A model generated the notes under the pieces. The model was not told the origin of the DNA, made no database searches, and saw only the letters and a list, made by a program, of their open reading frames with translations. The translations under genes were made by a program, and so were the position numbers. From IMG/VR virus record IMGVR_UViG_3300014656_000015: a stretch of DNA of 64,000 nt; one strand, given 5' to 3'. Positions 41,617 to 51,612 of this stretch are shown in pieces. The first letter of the stretch is position 1; every line of letters starts with the position of its first letter. The stretch comes from a virus.

Positions 41617-42792
41617 ATGCGACGATTCATGCAAAGAGGGGTACGGACCCCGCTGATAGTGGAGATAGGGGTACGTGGTCGCGTGGTCCGGGTCCGGCGC
41701 GGGCTCCCGGACCAGGACCTGGCGGACGGGGAGAAGTGCGAGGTCTGTGACTCCGAGACCGCGGCACTGCGCAGGGCCGATGCCCTCATCCTGCAAACGA
41801 TCCGAGGTGGCTACGGAGAGGTGGATGAGTCCGGGAGCTGGCTGCAGGGTGAAGAGTCCCGGTTCGACTTCGACTACCCGGACCAGCTGGACCACCTCGC
41901 CCGACCCCAACAGGTCGAAGACCTCGAAGCAACACCGCACCGGATACATGTAGTGGGACGCGGCACACGGGATACCCTGGTAATCTGGGGAAGCCAGAAT
42001 GGCCACCAGATCCGTAGTACGAGAGGGGCCCACCTACACCCACGCCTACCCTACATCGACCAAGCCCTGAACCGACTCCGAGTACCACCATGCTCCGTCC
42101 TGCGGGGCAAGCTCTACCTGAAGGACCGGGAGCTGCTCAGCCAGATCGTCCGAGGACCCCTACAGCAAAGCCTGAAGCTGCAACGCTCCATGCTTCCCGA
42201 CTCCCGACCCCGACTCTGCCTCTACCTGATCCTGTACTGGGATGGGGCCGATGCATTGGGGGACACCAGGGTCTGGTGCGAGAGGCTCGACGCGCTGTCC
42301 GGTGGTGCACCGGACATCGAGATGGCCCGAGTCCGCTCCGAGCCGGCACCACCCGTCTCAGAGCTGCCGGACCAAGGTTTCATCCTGACCCTGGCGGAAG
42401 CCGGTGGGGTAGCCGCATATGATCCGCTACGCAAAGGAAGCATCGATGGTGCGCTGTGGCAACCCGGGCAGACCCGCACCATGCTTGTAATCTACGACCC
42501 GGATGGCCGGGCCGGGTGGCGCTTCGGCGGCAGCGCGGAACGAGCCTCCACCACCCCGAAGCACCTGGCACTCTACGCGCCGGAGCCCGATGGACCCCGA
42601 TATGCCGGGGTGCTACCCATGACGAGCTGCGCCACCACCGACCTGGATCCGGACCGGGTCCTGACCAACGCGCAGCGCTGGAACGGGATCGTGGGCACCG
42701 CCCGGGTCAGGTACAGCGAAGAGGAGAGGGGAAAGCTGCTCAGGGCTCGGATGGTGCGGTGGCTCGGAGACGGTCCACCGGATCAGACCTGA
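41617..42792 (+). CDS. ATP-dependent DNA ligase-like protein lacking catalytic motifs
   Basis: Ligase-like spacing: SVLRGKLY (~ILDGE), CLYLILYWDGAD (~VFDILxxDG), ERLDAL, QGFIL (~EGxV), OB-like VRYSE...GKLLRARMVRW; no KxDG. Confidence 0.55.
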   Translation: MRRFMQRGVRTPLIVEIGVRGRVVRVRRGLPDQDLADGEKCEVCDSETAALRRADALILQTIRGGYGEVDESGSWLQGEESRFDFDYPDQLDHLARPQQVEDLEATPHRIHVVGRGTRDTLVIWGSQNGHQIRSTRGAHLHPRLPYIDQALNRLRVPPCSVLRGKLYLKDRELLSQIVRGPLQQSLKLQRSMLPDSRPRLCLYLILYWDGADALGDTRVWCERLDALSGGAPDIEMARVRSEPAPPVSELPDQGFILTLAEAGGVAAYDPLRKGSIDGALWQPGQTRTMLVIYDPDGRAGWRFGGSAERASTTPKHLALYAPEPDGPRYAGVLPMTSCATTDLDPDRVLTNAQRWNGIVGTARVRYSEEERGKLLRARMVRWLGDGPPDQT

Positions 42793-43609
42793 CGCGCTTC
42801 CTCCGGTGTAACGACACTATTGAGGTCCTCGGCTCCGACCTCCACGGTCTCCGTGGTCTCCACAGGCTCCGGGTCCGGTACCGAGAACTGGGCCCCGGCC
42901 TGTTCGGCCCGCTTTGCCAGGATCCGTCGCTTGGCCTCCTCCTGCATCTCTCGACGCTGGGCCACGGCCTCCTCCCGACCCTGCTCCGCCCTGCTGAGCA
43001 TGTCCTCCATGTGCTTCCGGCACATCTCGGCAAACTGCTCCTCCGAGATCCGACCCGTGGACTTCGCGATGTCGGCTAGCGCAAGCACGGTTGCGGACAC
43101 GTTCACGGCCCGGTTCACCAGCTCCTTCTGGTTCGCGTAGAGCGTGGGCAGGTTCATGGCCAGGACCTGGTCGATCTGACCTATAGCCTGCTCAAGCCGG
43201 GCCAGCCGGGCCGTCAGGCCCTGCCCCCCTTCCTTTCCGTGGAGGTCGGCTACCTGTTCCTTTCGCAGCTCCCGCTCCCCGGACACTAGCCTTTTTGGCT
43301 TTCGGACGCTTCGCCGTGCTCCTCTTCTGCCTTGTCTTTCTGGGCTCATTCCTCTCTCCACTCCCGGATTCCGGAACCAGGATGTTCTCGATACGAGCTA
43401 TCTCATCCCGAATCGGCGCCATGCAACGCTTCTCGATCTCGGACAGTACATCGCTGAGCTCCCTGGTGCCGCCCTCGCCGTAGCGGTACGACACCGCCTG
43501 TTGCGGGGTACGTTGCTCATCTCCGGTCAGGAGCAGCTCGTACACCGCTATCCGCAGCTTCAGCGCGGCGTAGCGTTCCATGAGCTCGGCGAACTTCATG
43601 GGCTGCATC

Positions 43610-44275
43610 CTACGCCCGCAACAGGTTGAGGAAGGTCTTCTCCAGATCGGCCCCCGTTGACAGATCCTGATAGATCCGGTGCAACGGGTAGTAGAGCCGG
43701 ACCCACAGCTTCCGCTCCTTCCGCATCAGCTCGCCGCCGTGGTTCTTCAACTGCTCCCGAATAGTGGCGGTGTGGATGCTCTCCCTCGGCGTCTTCATGT
43801 AAATATCGGCATCCGTGTTCAGGCGGACGAAGAAGCGAGTCATGACCCGCGCCCAGTTCTGGTACGTCAAGCGGAACAGAAGCGCGTCCCCCAAGGAGTC
43901 CACTGGCCACGCCTTCCGACATATCGGGCACACCGCCTTCATGAGCCTGTACGAGATCAGCTCATGAGGAATGATACCTGGACACGCACGATCCGGGCAA
44001 GGCCGGGCCGGCTCGTCGCACTCCCCGGACCCCGACTTGCCGCTGCGGTGCACGACGAGCGACCCGGGGAAGTGAGTGTGCTGGCTCCGCTCCTTTCCGA
44101 AAAGGAACTCGAGCTTGTAGGTAGCCTTGATGGTCTTGGGGAACAGGTTGCGCAGTGCGGCCCGACGCTGCTCGATACTCTCGAGCTCCTCCGCCGAGAG
44201 CTCCGGGATCGCTTCACCCCGGGCCTGTCTCAGCATCAGCGCCATGTCCTCACGCGGACCAAAGAACTGGCTCAT
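43610..44275 (-). CDS. hypothetical Zn-ribbon protein
   Basis: CPDRACPG..CPIC; AGGAGAGG RBS. Confidence 0.65.
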   Translation of the reverse strand: MSQFFGPREDMALMLRQARGEAIPELSAEELESIEQRRAALRNLFPKTIKATYKLEFLFGKERSQHTHFPGSLVVHRSGKSGSGECDEPARPCPDRACPGIIPHELISYRLMKAVCPICRKAWPVDSLGDALLFRLTYQNWARVMTRFFVRLNTDADIYMKTPRESIHTATIREQLKNHGGELMRKERKLWVRLYYPLHRIYQDLSTGADLEKTFLNLLRA

Positions 44276-44284
44276 CGTCCTCTC

Positions 44285-44953
44285 CTACGAGGTCCGCACG
44301 AGGTGGGCGCCCTTCTGCCGTTTGCCCGCCTCGCCGATCTTCCCTTCAGGTGCGACTCGTAATGAGTGTGGTTCCAAAGGGTAGGAAACCACCTCGCCGT
44401 TAACAACTTCCCCTCCGATTTTATTACGGTTTTTGCCCCCCCTCGGTTTCCCGGGGGAGGCTGGCTGGGACCGGCCCGCGTTCGGAATGGGGGCCGTGGG
44501 GTGCACCTGGATCTCTCTCCTATGTTCTAACAATACGGTGGCCATGTCAAGAAAACGACACAGCTCGAGCACGGAATCTCGCAGGGCCTCGGACCAAAGC
44601 TGGAAGTTCCAGGTATAACCCAATCTACCGTCGCCCAGGGCCATGTACTGCTGACAGATGTGCAGACGCCATTTGGGGTCGCCCAGCGTCTGCTGCCTCC
44701 GCTCCTCCCGCAGGAGCAAAGCAACTACCCAGATCCAGGACGACTCATCGTGGATGCGGAGAATGAGCTTGAGCCCGCCGCTGCCGATCACGCTCGACTT
44801 CGTCTGGAACCGGGTACCGACACGGGTCAGCGCCAGCTCCAGCTCCTCGACAAGAGACGGCTCAGTTGGGGCCGACACCGGCGGACTGATCCCCGTACTC
44901 GAGCTCGGACTGGGCTCCGACTTCTGACTCGGCTCGTTCCGCTCCGTGTCCAT
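44285..44953 (-). CDS. hypothetical protein
   Basis: GGAAGGGG RBS; operon packing. Confidence 0.6.
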   Translation of the reverse strand: MDTERNEPSQKSEPSPSSSTGISPPVSAPTEPSLVEELELALTRVGTRFQTKSSVIGSGGLKLILRIHDESSWIWVVALLLREERRQQTLGDPKWRLHICQQYMALGDGRLGYTWNFQLWSEALRDSVLELCRFLDMATVLLEHRREIQVHPTAPIPNAGRSQPASPGKPRGGKNRNKIGGEVVNGEVVSYPLEPHSLRVAPEGKIGEAGKRQKGAHLVRTS

Positions 44954-45834
44954 CGTCAGCCCCCTTCCTGCGGAGCCGGGCCAGACCCTCCCGGACCTCG
45001 TCCCAGGTCGCGCTCGCCCGGAACGTCAGCTTGCCGGTCCTGGCCCTCGTCTCGAATCCGGTGTCGGTCACCACCAGAGCCCCGTAGGTCTCCGGCTCCG
45101 TCTCCTGATCCTCGGTCAACAGCCCCGAAACGTAGAGCTCCCTCTTCTCCCGCAACATTCCTGCCTCCTTCCCATAGAAGCTGGACCATGATGCCCAGCT
45201 CGGCCTTTCCAATGACCTGCCTCCGACTCCTGCAACACATCAGGATCAGCTGCTCCGTACGCAGCCCCTGCACCTCCACCAACGGTAGGTTGAACAGGCT
45301 GATCACGCGCTCCGGATGCGTCTCCCCGATCCACCCCATCACCTCGACCACGGAGCCGCAGAACCAGCCAACACCGTACAGACCTCGAGACGCCGCCGCC
45401 GTGAAGATGCGATGTATCGACTCGAGCGGGGCATCGCCGGACCGCTCCTCGAGCTCCTCGAGCCGCACGTGCTGCAGCAGACCCCAAGGATCCCGTATCC
45501 GTCGGGTCTCCTCGGCGCCCAGCAGGGCCTCCGCATCCTCCCTGCCGTGGTACACCACCCGGATCCGCACCGTCTCCCCACTACCGGTCACATGCAGCTC
45601 GGAGACATGATCGCCGAGGCACAGCGCCGCGGCCACCGCCTCGATCAAATGGTCCCGAGACGGGACCTCGTTCAACATGAAGGAGCGTTCCAGCCTCATA
45701 GCTGCCTGACCTCCGGCTTCTGCTCGTCGTGCACCCGCTGCAGATTCCGCACGAAGTCCTCGATAAGGGCCGTGATCGTCACCCCTCTGAGCTCGGAGTA
45801 GTACAGTAGCCAGTCCTTCAGACCGGCATCCAGC

Positions 45835-46239
45835 CTACAGCTGAGCCTGGCTGTCTTCTGCCGCCGCATCCGCCACCGCCAACACATCACCCAACTCGAT
45901 CACGAACTCGTCGGGACCGATACAGTGTTGTCGCCGCAAGGCCTGACCCGTGTGGGTCTCCTTGAGGTACCGGATGTACAGGACCCGGTCCCCGACCCTG
46001 ACCCCTGCCTCGGACAGCGGGATCACCACACCATCCCGACAAATCGGGTAGCGTCGGCTCACCTCGCCGGAGTGATCCACGGCGTGGAAACAGGTCCCGA
46101 CCGCCAGGACGGTACCCCACTGCCCGACGTGCTCCACGGACCCGGCCGGTACGATGACACCACTCTCGCGTACCTGCTCCCCATCCTCAGCCGGGTCGAA
46201 GCGGACGAGGAAGCGAGGCCCGAGCGGCCGGAACCCCAT
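45835..46239 (-). CDS. groES: GroES / Cpn10 co-chaperonin
   Basis: FRPLGPRFLV...ESGVIVP...GTVLAVG...VRVGDRVLY...DVLAV. Confidence 0.8.
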   Translation of the reverse strand: MGFRPLGPRFLVRFDPAEDGEQVRESGVIVPAGSVEHVGQWGTVLAVGTCFHAVDHSGEVSRRYPICRDGVVIPLSEAGVRVGDRVLYIRYLKETHTGQALRRQHCIGPDEFVIELGDVLAVADAAAEDSQAQL

Positions 46240-46633
46240 CAGTACCCCCCACCGAGATCGGTGGCATCGAGCGGGAGATCGGGGAACGCATCGAGCACTG
46301 GTTCCGGCACCGCGGTGGCACCCGTGGTGACGCCATCCGTCGGCAACGCGCCACTCCGCTTCTGTGTCGCGTCGGTCGAGTCCAACGCCGCCAGGATCTG
46401 CCCCTTCAGCTTCTCGTTGGGCTCCGCCTTCTTCTCCCAGACATCGGCCGGGAGCATCCAGACCCGATCCCGCCCGATCCGAATGCCGAGGGAAGACACG
46501 AGCCTGCCCTTGGAGTCGGTGCACTGCACCAGAAAGGTCTCGACCCGGACCGCACCGAAGAACTCGTTCGGTTTGCCTACTGGATGCCGGAGCAGCCGCC
46601 CCGTCGCACCACGACCCATGGAACCACGTGCCA

Positions 46634-47095
46634 TCACTTCCTCCACATTCTCTGCACAACGGCTCCGCCGGAGCCAACACCCAGCTCCAACCGGAGCCCA
46701 TTATCCAGGACCAGCGTCTTGATCACCCTGGAAGACTCGGTTCCAGGGAGAGAAAGAGATTCATTCTCGAACACGACTCGAGCCACTCCGTGATCACGAA
46801 GTACGGCGCCAACCAGCTCATTGCTGGGATTGATCTGATCGGGCAGACCCTGGCCCGTGAGGGCCGCGTAGAGCTCACGCACGGTGTAGAGCTCCGGATC
46901 GGACCCGGAGGCGGACAAGCGGTCCGAGCCCCTGAGCACGGGACGCACCGCACCGCGTGCATCGCACCGAGGACAGACCGTCTCGGCCATGGGGAGTCGG
47001 AGCAGCAGGTGTGCCGACGCCGGCTCGTGCTCGACCCCGGACAGGCCGAACGAGGCATCGCACCGATCGCACCGATAGCCACCGATTTTGATCAT
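46634..47095 (-). CDS. Zn-ribbon protein
   Basis: YRCDRC..CPRC. Confidence 0.55.
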   Translation of the reverse strand: MIKIGGYRCDRCDASFGLSGVEHEPASAHLLLRLPMAETVCPRCDARGAVRPVLRGSDRLSASGSDPELYTVRELYAALTGQGLPDQINPSNELVGAVLRDHGVARVVFENESLSLPGTESSRVIKTLVLDNGLRLELGVGSGGAVVQRMWRK

Positions 47096-47835
47096 ACCTG
47101 CTCTCCATAGCGGGACGGCAGCTCGCCTGGACCGAGCCCCTCGACCAGGAGCTCATCCTCGTCCAGGCCCATGTCCACACCGGACTCGGCCAGGATCGCA
47201 CCGAGGTCATCCGGAGCCAGCTCGCCCTCCGCCACTCTACGTTCAGCATCCCGAAGCAGGCTGGCCAGGGCCTCGGTGTCCACCATCCGCGGGACCCCGT
47301 GCACCGGTTGGTCCAGCAACTGCGCATCGAACAGAATCGAATCGTCTTCCTCCGGCTCCACCGGCATCCGAGGCGCCACGGTCCCCGGGGTGCGTGGACG
47401 TGGAGCTGGGGGCGCCGCCTCCTCGACCGTCTCCATGGCGCTATGCAACAGCGCCAGAAGCTGCTCATAGGTCTCCGGGGCGATCCGGATCTGGAACTCG
47501 TGGCCATCGACCTCCACCAACATGAACCGGGAGAGCCCGGCACGGATGTCCAGAGCCTCGGCCACACCCAGCACACGCACATCCTTCACGGTCGACCTCC
47601 GTAGGGTGGTGCAATGGGCGATGTCATGACACGGGCCGAAAGGGACATTCCGAGCCGACCCAGAGCCTGCTCGATGGCTCCGAGCCGATCCACGGCCTCC
47701 GTCATCCGGATCAACAAGAAGCACTCCTGAGTCGACTCGTCATATGCCCGGCAGGCCGCTGTGCAAGGTTGGCGGCCAGCATGTAGCCAGCAATCGATTT
47801 TACGTGCTGGCTCCGCCTTTCGAAAGGGTCCCATC

Positions 47836-48243
47836 TCAGTTCACCCCACCATTCCCCTGGACACGCAAGGCCCGCCGTGCCTCCAGGACCGTTGCGTCCG
47901 GATCCGCCACGGCCCGAACCACGGTCTCGAACAGGTTCCGAGTGGACAAGGCGAGCAGTGCGGTCAAATACTCCAGGTTCTTCGGGTCCGTGCTCTTCGG
48001 AACCAGACCGAACCGCACCAGGGCGGACCCTACCTGTGGAGACACGTCCTGGGCCAGGTGCAGCAGGAGAGCACGGAATCCCCGCATATCCAGGACCCGA
48101 TCCCCGAATGGCACCAGGATCAGATCCTCCGAGCTCCCGTCCCACCCGCACAGGGCACAGTGCACCGGACGCACGCCTACCACGACAACATCCTTGTCAT
48201 CGTAGGGGTACCGGCAATTCGGGCATATCGTCAGCGTCGCCAT
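47836..48243 (-). CDS. Zn-ribbon protein
   Basis: CPNC..CALCGW. Confidence 0.6.
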   Translation of the reverse strand: MATLTICPNCRYPYDDKDVVVVGVRPVHCALCGWDGSSEDLILVPFGDRVLDMRGFRALLLHLAQDVSPQVGSALVRFGLVPKSTDPKNLEYLTALLALSTRNLFETVVRAVADPDATVLEARRALRVQGNGGVN

Positions 48244-48623
48244 CTTCGTCTGAGAGCCTCTCTCAATTGACTACGGAAGCTGGGTGCGGCGTGCTCCGTC
48301 ACCACCAGGGGGCCACGTTGCCGCTCCGCAACCAGCGCCTTATGGATGTCCTCTTCCTCCCGCCGCTGCTCCTGCTCCACGTAAGGCAGCAACGCCTTCC
48401 GATAATTGGTAAACGCGCTCCGCACCGCGGTCGCCGAGCTCTCCGGTGAGGTCAATACGGCCTGCACCAACAAGAAGGTCTCCAGGAACCGGGCCGTCTC
48501 CTGACGCATCTGAACCAGCAAGCAGAGGGCCTCCATGACAGACCCCGGCTCGGGCGGACGCTCTATGGTCCGCAGATAGAGGTTGGCCCTGGCCCAACCG
48601 AGCGGGGTCCCTAACCATTTCCC
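48231..48623 (-). CDS. -1 frame extension of the tail-assembly chaperone (T-like segment)
   Basis: Open -1 frame from G GGA AAT: GKWLGTPLGWARANL...MEALCLL. Confidence 0.65.
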   Translation of the reverse strand, partial: GKWLGTPLGWARANLYLRTIERPPEPGSVMEALCLLVQMRQETARFLETFLLVQAVLTSPESSATAVRSAFTNYRKALLPYVEQEQRREEEDIHKALVAERQRGPLVVTEHAAPSFRSQLREALRRRWRR

Positions 48624-49567
48624 AACACCTCGGGCAACGACAGCTTGCGGACCCGATCATCGAACCACTTCCCGTTGAGCTGGATCAACGAGATGAATCG
48701 AAGCGGGCGCTCCAGGATGAAGTCGAGGCGTTTGAGGAACCCCTCCTTGACGAACTGGCCGTTGGACCGAAACGCGGGTAGCACCATCTGCGTCTTCGGG
48801 TCCTCGTAGCTATACAGGGACGCCGCCAGCTGCATGAAACCGAGCCGGTCCTGGAGGTACATCGGGCTCCCCGTGGCCTGGTACAGCATCTCCAGGATGT
48901 CCTGGGTGTCGCCGGGGGTCAACGATCGAAAGGTCACCGTGATCCGGTCATTGATCCGAACCCGCTGCCGAGCCTCGCCGTGCAGGATCAGGGTCTCCCA
49001 GTTCAAGGACTCCGCGTTCGTCTCGACCCACTCCTTGTACTTCTCCCTCCGCTCCCTGCCCTCCCGCCCCGTACCAAAGATGGCCTCGAGCTCGGCTTGA
49101 ACCTCCTGCTGCAGCAGACGATCCATCTCATCGTCCTGAAGCGCGTCACGGACCTCCCGATCCTTGTCCCGATCCGGAGTATCCGGAACGACGGGCGGGG
49201 GCAGGGGTCCCACCGGCGGGGGCTGCTGCATTGCCTCGTCCAACGCCTGGAACCCAGCCGCGGCCTCGTCCCGAGTCATCCGGTTCGGCTTGGGGACGGC
49301 CAGCTCCGTGATCGGGACACCGGCCCCGGCACGCATCTGGGCCGGGGGCATGCCCGGTGTCGGCGGCTGCTTCAGCGCCCACGGTGGTATGACCCCGTGT
49401 GACGGCTGAACATAGCTCTGGGGCGACCCGGTTCCGAGCTGCACCTCACCGTCCTGGGGTGATGCCGGCCTACCACGCGGGGGGAAGTCCGGAGGCTGAG
49501 CCTGCCGGGCCCGGGCCATCACCAGCTCCATCTCCAGTTGCCGTATTCTCTCCTGTTCGTCCGCCAC
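48611..49567 (-). CDS. putative tail-assembly chaperone (G-like)
   Basis: Ends TTG GGA AAT GGT TAG with an in-frame X XXY YYZ slippery site; contains VTFRSLT motif. Confidence 0.6.
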   Translation of the reverse strand: MADEQERIRQLEMELVMARARQAQPPDFPPRGRPASPQDGEVQLGTGSPQSYVQPSHGVIPPWALKQPPTPGMPPAQMRAGAGVPITELAVPKPNRMTRDEAAAGFQALDEAMQQPPPVGPLPPPVVPDTPDRDKDREVRDALQDDEMDRLLQQEVQAELEAIFGTGREGRERREKYKEWVETNAESLNWETLILHGEARQRVRINDRITVTFRSLTPGDTQDILEMLYQATGSPMYLQDRLGFMQLAASLYSYEDPKTQMVLPAFRSNGQFVKEGFLKRLDFILERPLRFISLIQLNGKWFDDRVRKLSLPEVLGNG

Positions 49568-49766
49568 TTCGGCTCCCTTTCTCCCGGATCAGGTAATCCC
49601 CGAACAACCGCTCCCGGACCAGATTCAGGAATGCGACCTGGGGTACCGTCATCGGCATGAGGCCGTAGCTCACCAGGTGCTCCCAGAGCCGACCCGTTTC
49701 GGCACGGAGACCTCGGTGGATCCAGACTTCCTCGAGCTGCTTCTCGGTGATCAGCCCCATGCCCGG

Positions 49767-49795
49767 ACTCTAAGTCGGGCCGATCCCGCTGTCAA
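49767..49795 (-). promoter_or_regulatory. sigma70 promoter giving a leaderless mRNA for ORF 49470-49760
   Basis: TTGACA-17nt-TAGAGT; ATG 6 nt after the -10. Confidence 0.7.
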
Positions 49796-49876
49796 GGAGA
49801 AATGTGCGGACACTGTACACCCAGATCAAAAAGTCGGACCCGTGCCGTTATAAGCATGCTGGAAAGGAGACAAACA

Positions 49877-50134
49877 ATGTCTCAGGTAGGAACCTGGTTC
49901 CGAGCCCTGGTGCTCGGAACACTATACATGGCAACGAACCTCGCTCGGGGAATGAGCGAGGAGAATGCCTGGCAGCTCGCTGCCAGGCGGACACTGGCGG
50001 GGTGCCCGTCCCGCCACTTCGAGCCCGACCTGGAAGAGATCGGCATGGAGCTCAGCTCCACCATGATCCGCTTCCGGGACGGGACCGCCACCCGGACCCC
50101 TACCGGGTGGAAGCTCGCCAAGTTTCCCACCTAG
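49877..50134 (+). CDS. small hypothetical protein in its own unit
   Basis: GTTATAAG and GGAAAGGAG upstream. Confidence 0.65.
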   Translation: MSQVGTWFRALVLGTLYMATNLARGMSEENAWQLAARRTLAGCPSRHFEPDLEEIGMELSSTMIRFRDGTATRTPTGWKLAKFPT

Positions 50135-50300
50135 CCGCATCCCGCGGCACTTCCATTAGCACCCTATTGGTTGCCCCATTCCAGTCCATAACAATAGAAA
50201 CGGTCGGAATCATTGAGCTCTATTGGCCGCTTATTGATCACTAAAGGCGTAAAACGAGGAGGCTATCGTGTCATAAGAATTATGGAAAGGAGCACAAACA

Positions 50301-50633
50301 ATGCTCACAGACCTCAGGGAGGAGGAGGTTGTGGAGATCCGCAACTTCCTCAGCGAGAGAGAGGCGCAACGCCGCGCCGCTCTGTCGCCCGTAGAACGGG
50401 CGATAGAGGATTATGATTCTGAATCGCCTCGATCGATCGTGAGATTGATCGAGGCAGTTGAGGAGCAGGAGCGCGCCGAGAGGCGCGCGGATCTGGTGCC
50501 CAAGCTGATCGGGGGCGCCGCCCTAGTCGGCCTCATCGGCGCCGAGGTCCTCGCCATCCGGGCGGCCCTCAAGGCCCCCCGGACCCGGCGCGGCGCGATC
50601 ATGCGCGCCGCCATCAAATGGCTCACCCGCTAG
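50301..50633 (+). CDS. small protein with C-terminal hydrophobic segment, in its own unit
   Basis: GTCATAAG and GGAAAGGAG upstream; hairpin+CTTAG downstream. Confidence 0.7.
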   Translation: MLTDLREEEVVEIRNFLSEREAQRRAALSPVERAIEDYDSESPRSIVRLIEAVEEQERAERRADLVPKLIGGAALVGLIGAEVLAIRAALKAPRTRRGAIMRAAIKWLTR

Positions 50634-50699
50634 CAGAGCGGGGTCGGAGCTCCCTCCCCAGCCGCACTCGCGGCATTTCCCTTAGCACGGTATAAGCAA

Positions 50700-50775
50700 T
50701 GTGTGGAAGCAGTGCTCACCTCCCCCATAGCCAGGGGTGTCCCCCTTTGAAGCGGAGCGCTGCTTCCACATCTCT
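50700..50775 (+). ncRNA. candidate small RNA
   Basis: GGTATAAG followed by a 16-bp stem with one G:U pair; no ORF. Confidence 0.45.
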
Positions 50776-50886
50776 TACCTGGCTAAAAGAAGGGCCCCGG
50801 GGATGAGCCGGGGCCGGATGGAAAGGAGGGGGGACCGGCGCGGGAGGGGACTGCGCCGAGTCCCCTGGTAGAGTAAACGAAGCCTA

Positions 50887-51489
50887 TCACGGGTCCCGGC
50901 GTTGCGCCAGGGCCCGCGCAACGGGTGCGTAGCTCCGACGATGTTGCGGGGAGGCCCCGTAGGCCTGGAGCGCCACGAGGTGGGTCGGCGTGCCGTAGCC
51001 CATGTTGGTCTCAAAGCCGTAGGGCTCGTAGGTGGGATCCGCGGCGAGACGTCGCATCATGGAGTCCCGGGCCACCTTGGCCAGCACACTGGCCGCAGCA
51101 ATGCTGGGGACCGCAGTGTCCCCATTCACGATGCAGCGTTGCCGCAGCTTCGGAATGCCACGAAAGGGCCGAGCCCCGTCAACATAGAGCTTGGCGTCTG
51201 GGAACCGCTCCCAGCACCGGGAGACCAGGTGGACCCCGAGCCAGGACCATGCCTGATCCACCCCGAGCCGGTCCAGCAGCCTGGGGCCGGTGGCGGCCAG
51301 GCACCAGTACTTGGCCTCAGCCACGATCCGAGGCACGACAGCTTCCCGCTGCTCCGCGCTCATCTTCTTGGAATCCCGGACCGCCTCGATCCGTTGATCC
51401 ACATCCAGGATCACGGCCCCCATCACCAGGGGGCCGGCAAGGGCCCCGTTCCCCACCTCGTCAACCCCGAGCACGAGGTATGTACTCAT
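50887..51489 (-). CDS. rnhB: ribonuclease HII
   Basis: GVDEVGNGALAGP, RDSKK, VDG, GD..VPSIAAASVLAKVARD, GYGTPTH. Confidence 0.95.
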   Translation of the reverse strand: MSTYLVLGVDEVGNGALAGPLVMGAVILDVDQRIEAVRDSKKMSAEQREAVVPRIVAEAKYWCLAATGPRLLDRLGVDQAWSWLGVHLVSRCWERFPDAKLYVDGARPFRGIPKLRQRCIVNGDTAVPSIAAASVLAKVARDSMMRRLAADPTYEPYGFETNMGYGTPTHLVALQAYGASPQHRRSYAPVARALAQRRDP

Positions 51490-51612
51490 CCCTCCACCTC
51501 AACTTCCACAGCCACCACTGCAGGAGGCACCTCATGCTATCACTCAACAAACGGAGCATGCCGAGCACGTAAAGCAGCTTCCAGAAAACCGTGTTCATCG
51601 CTTCCCTCCTAT

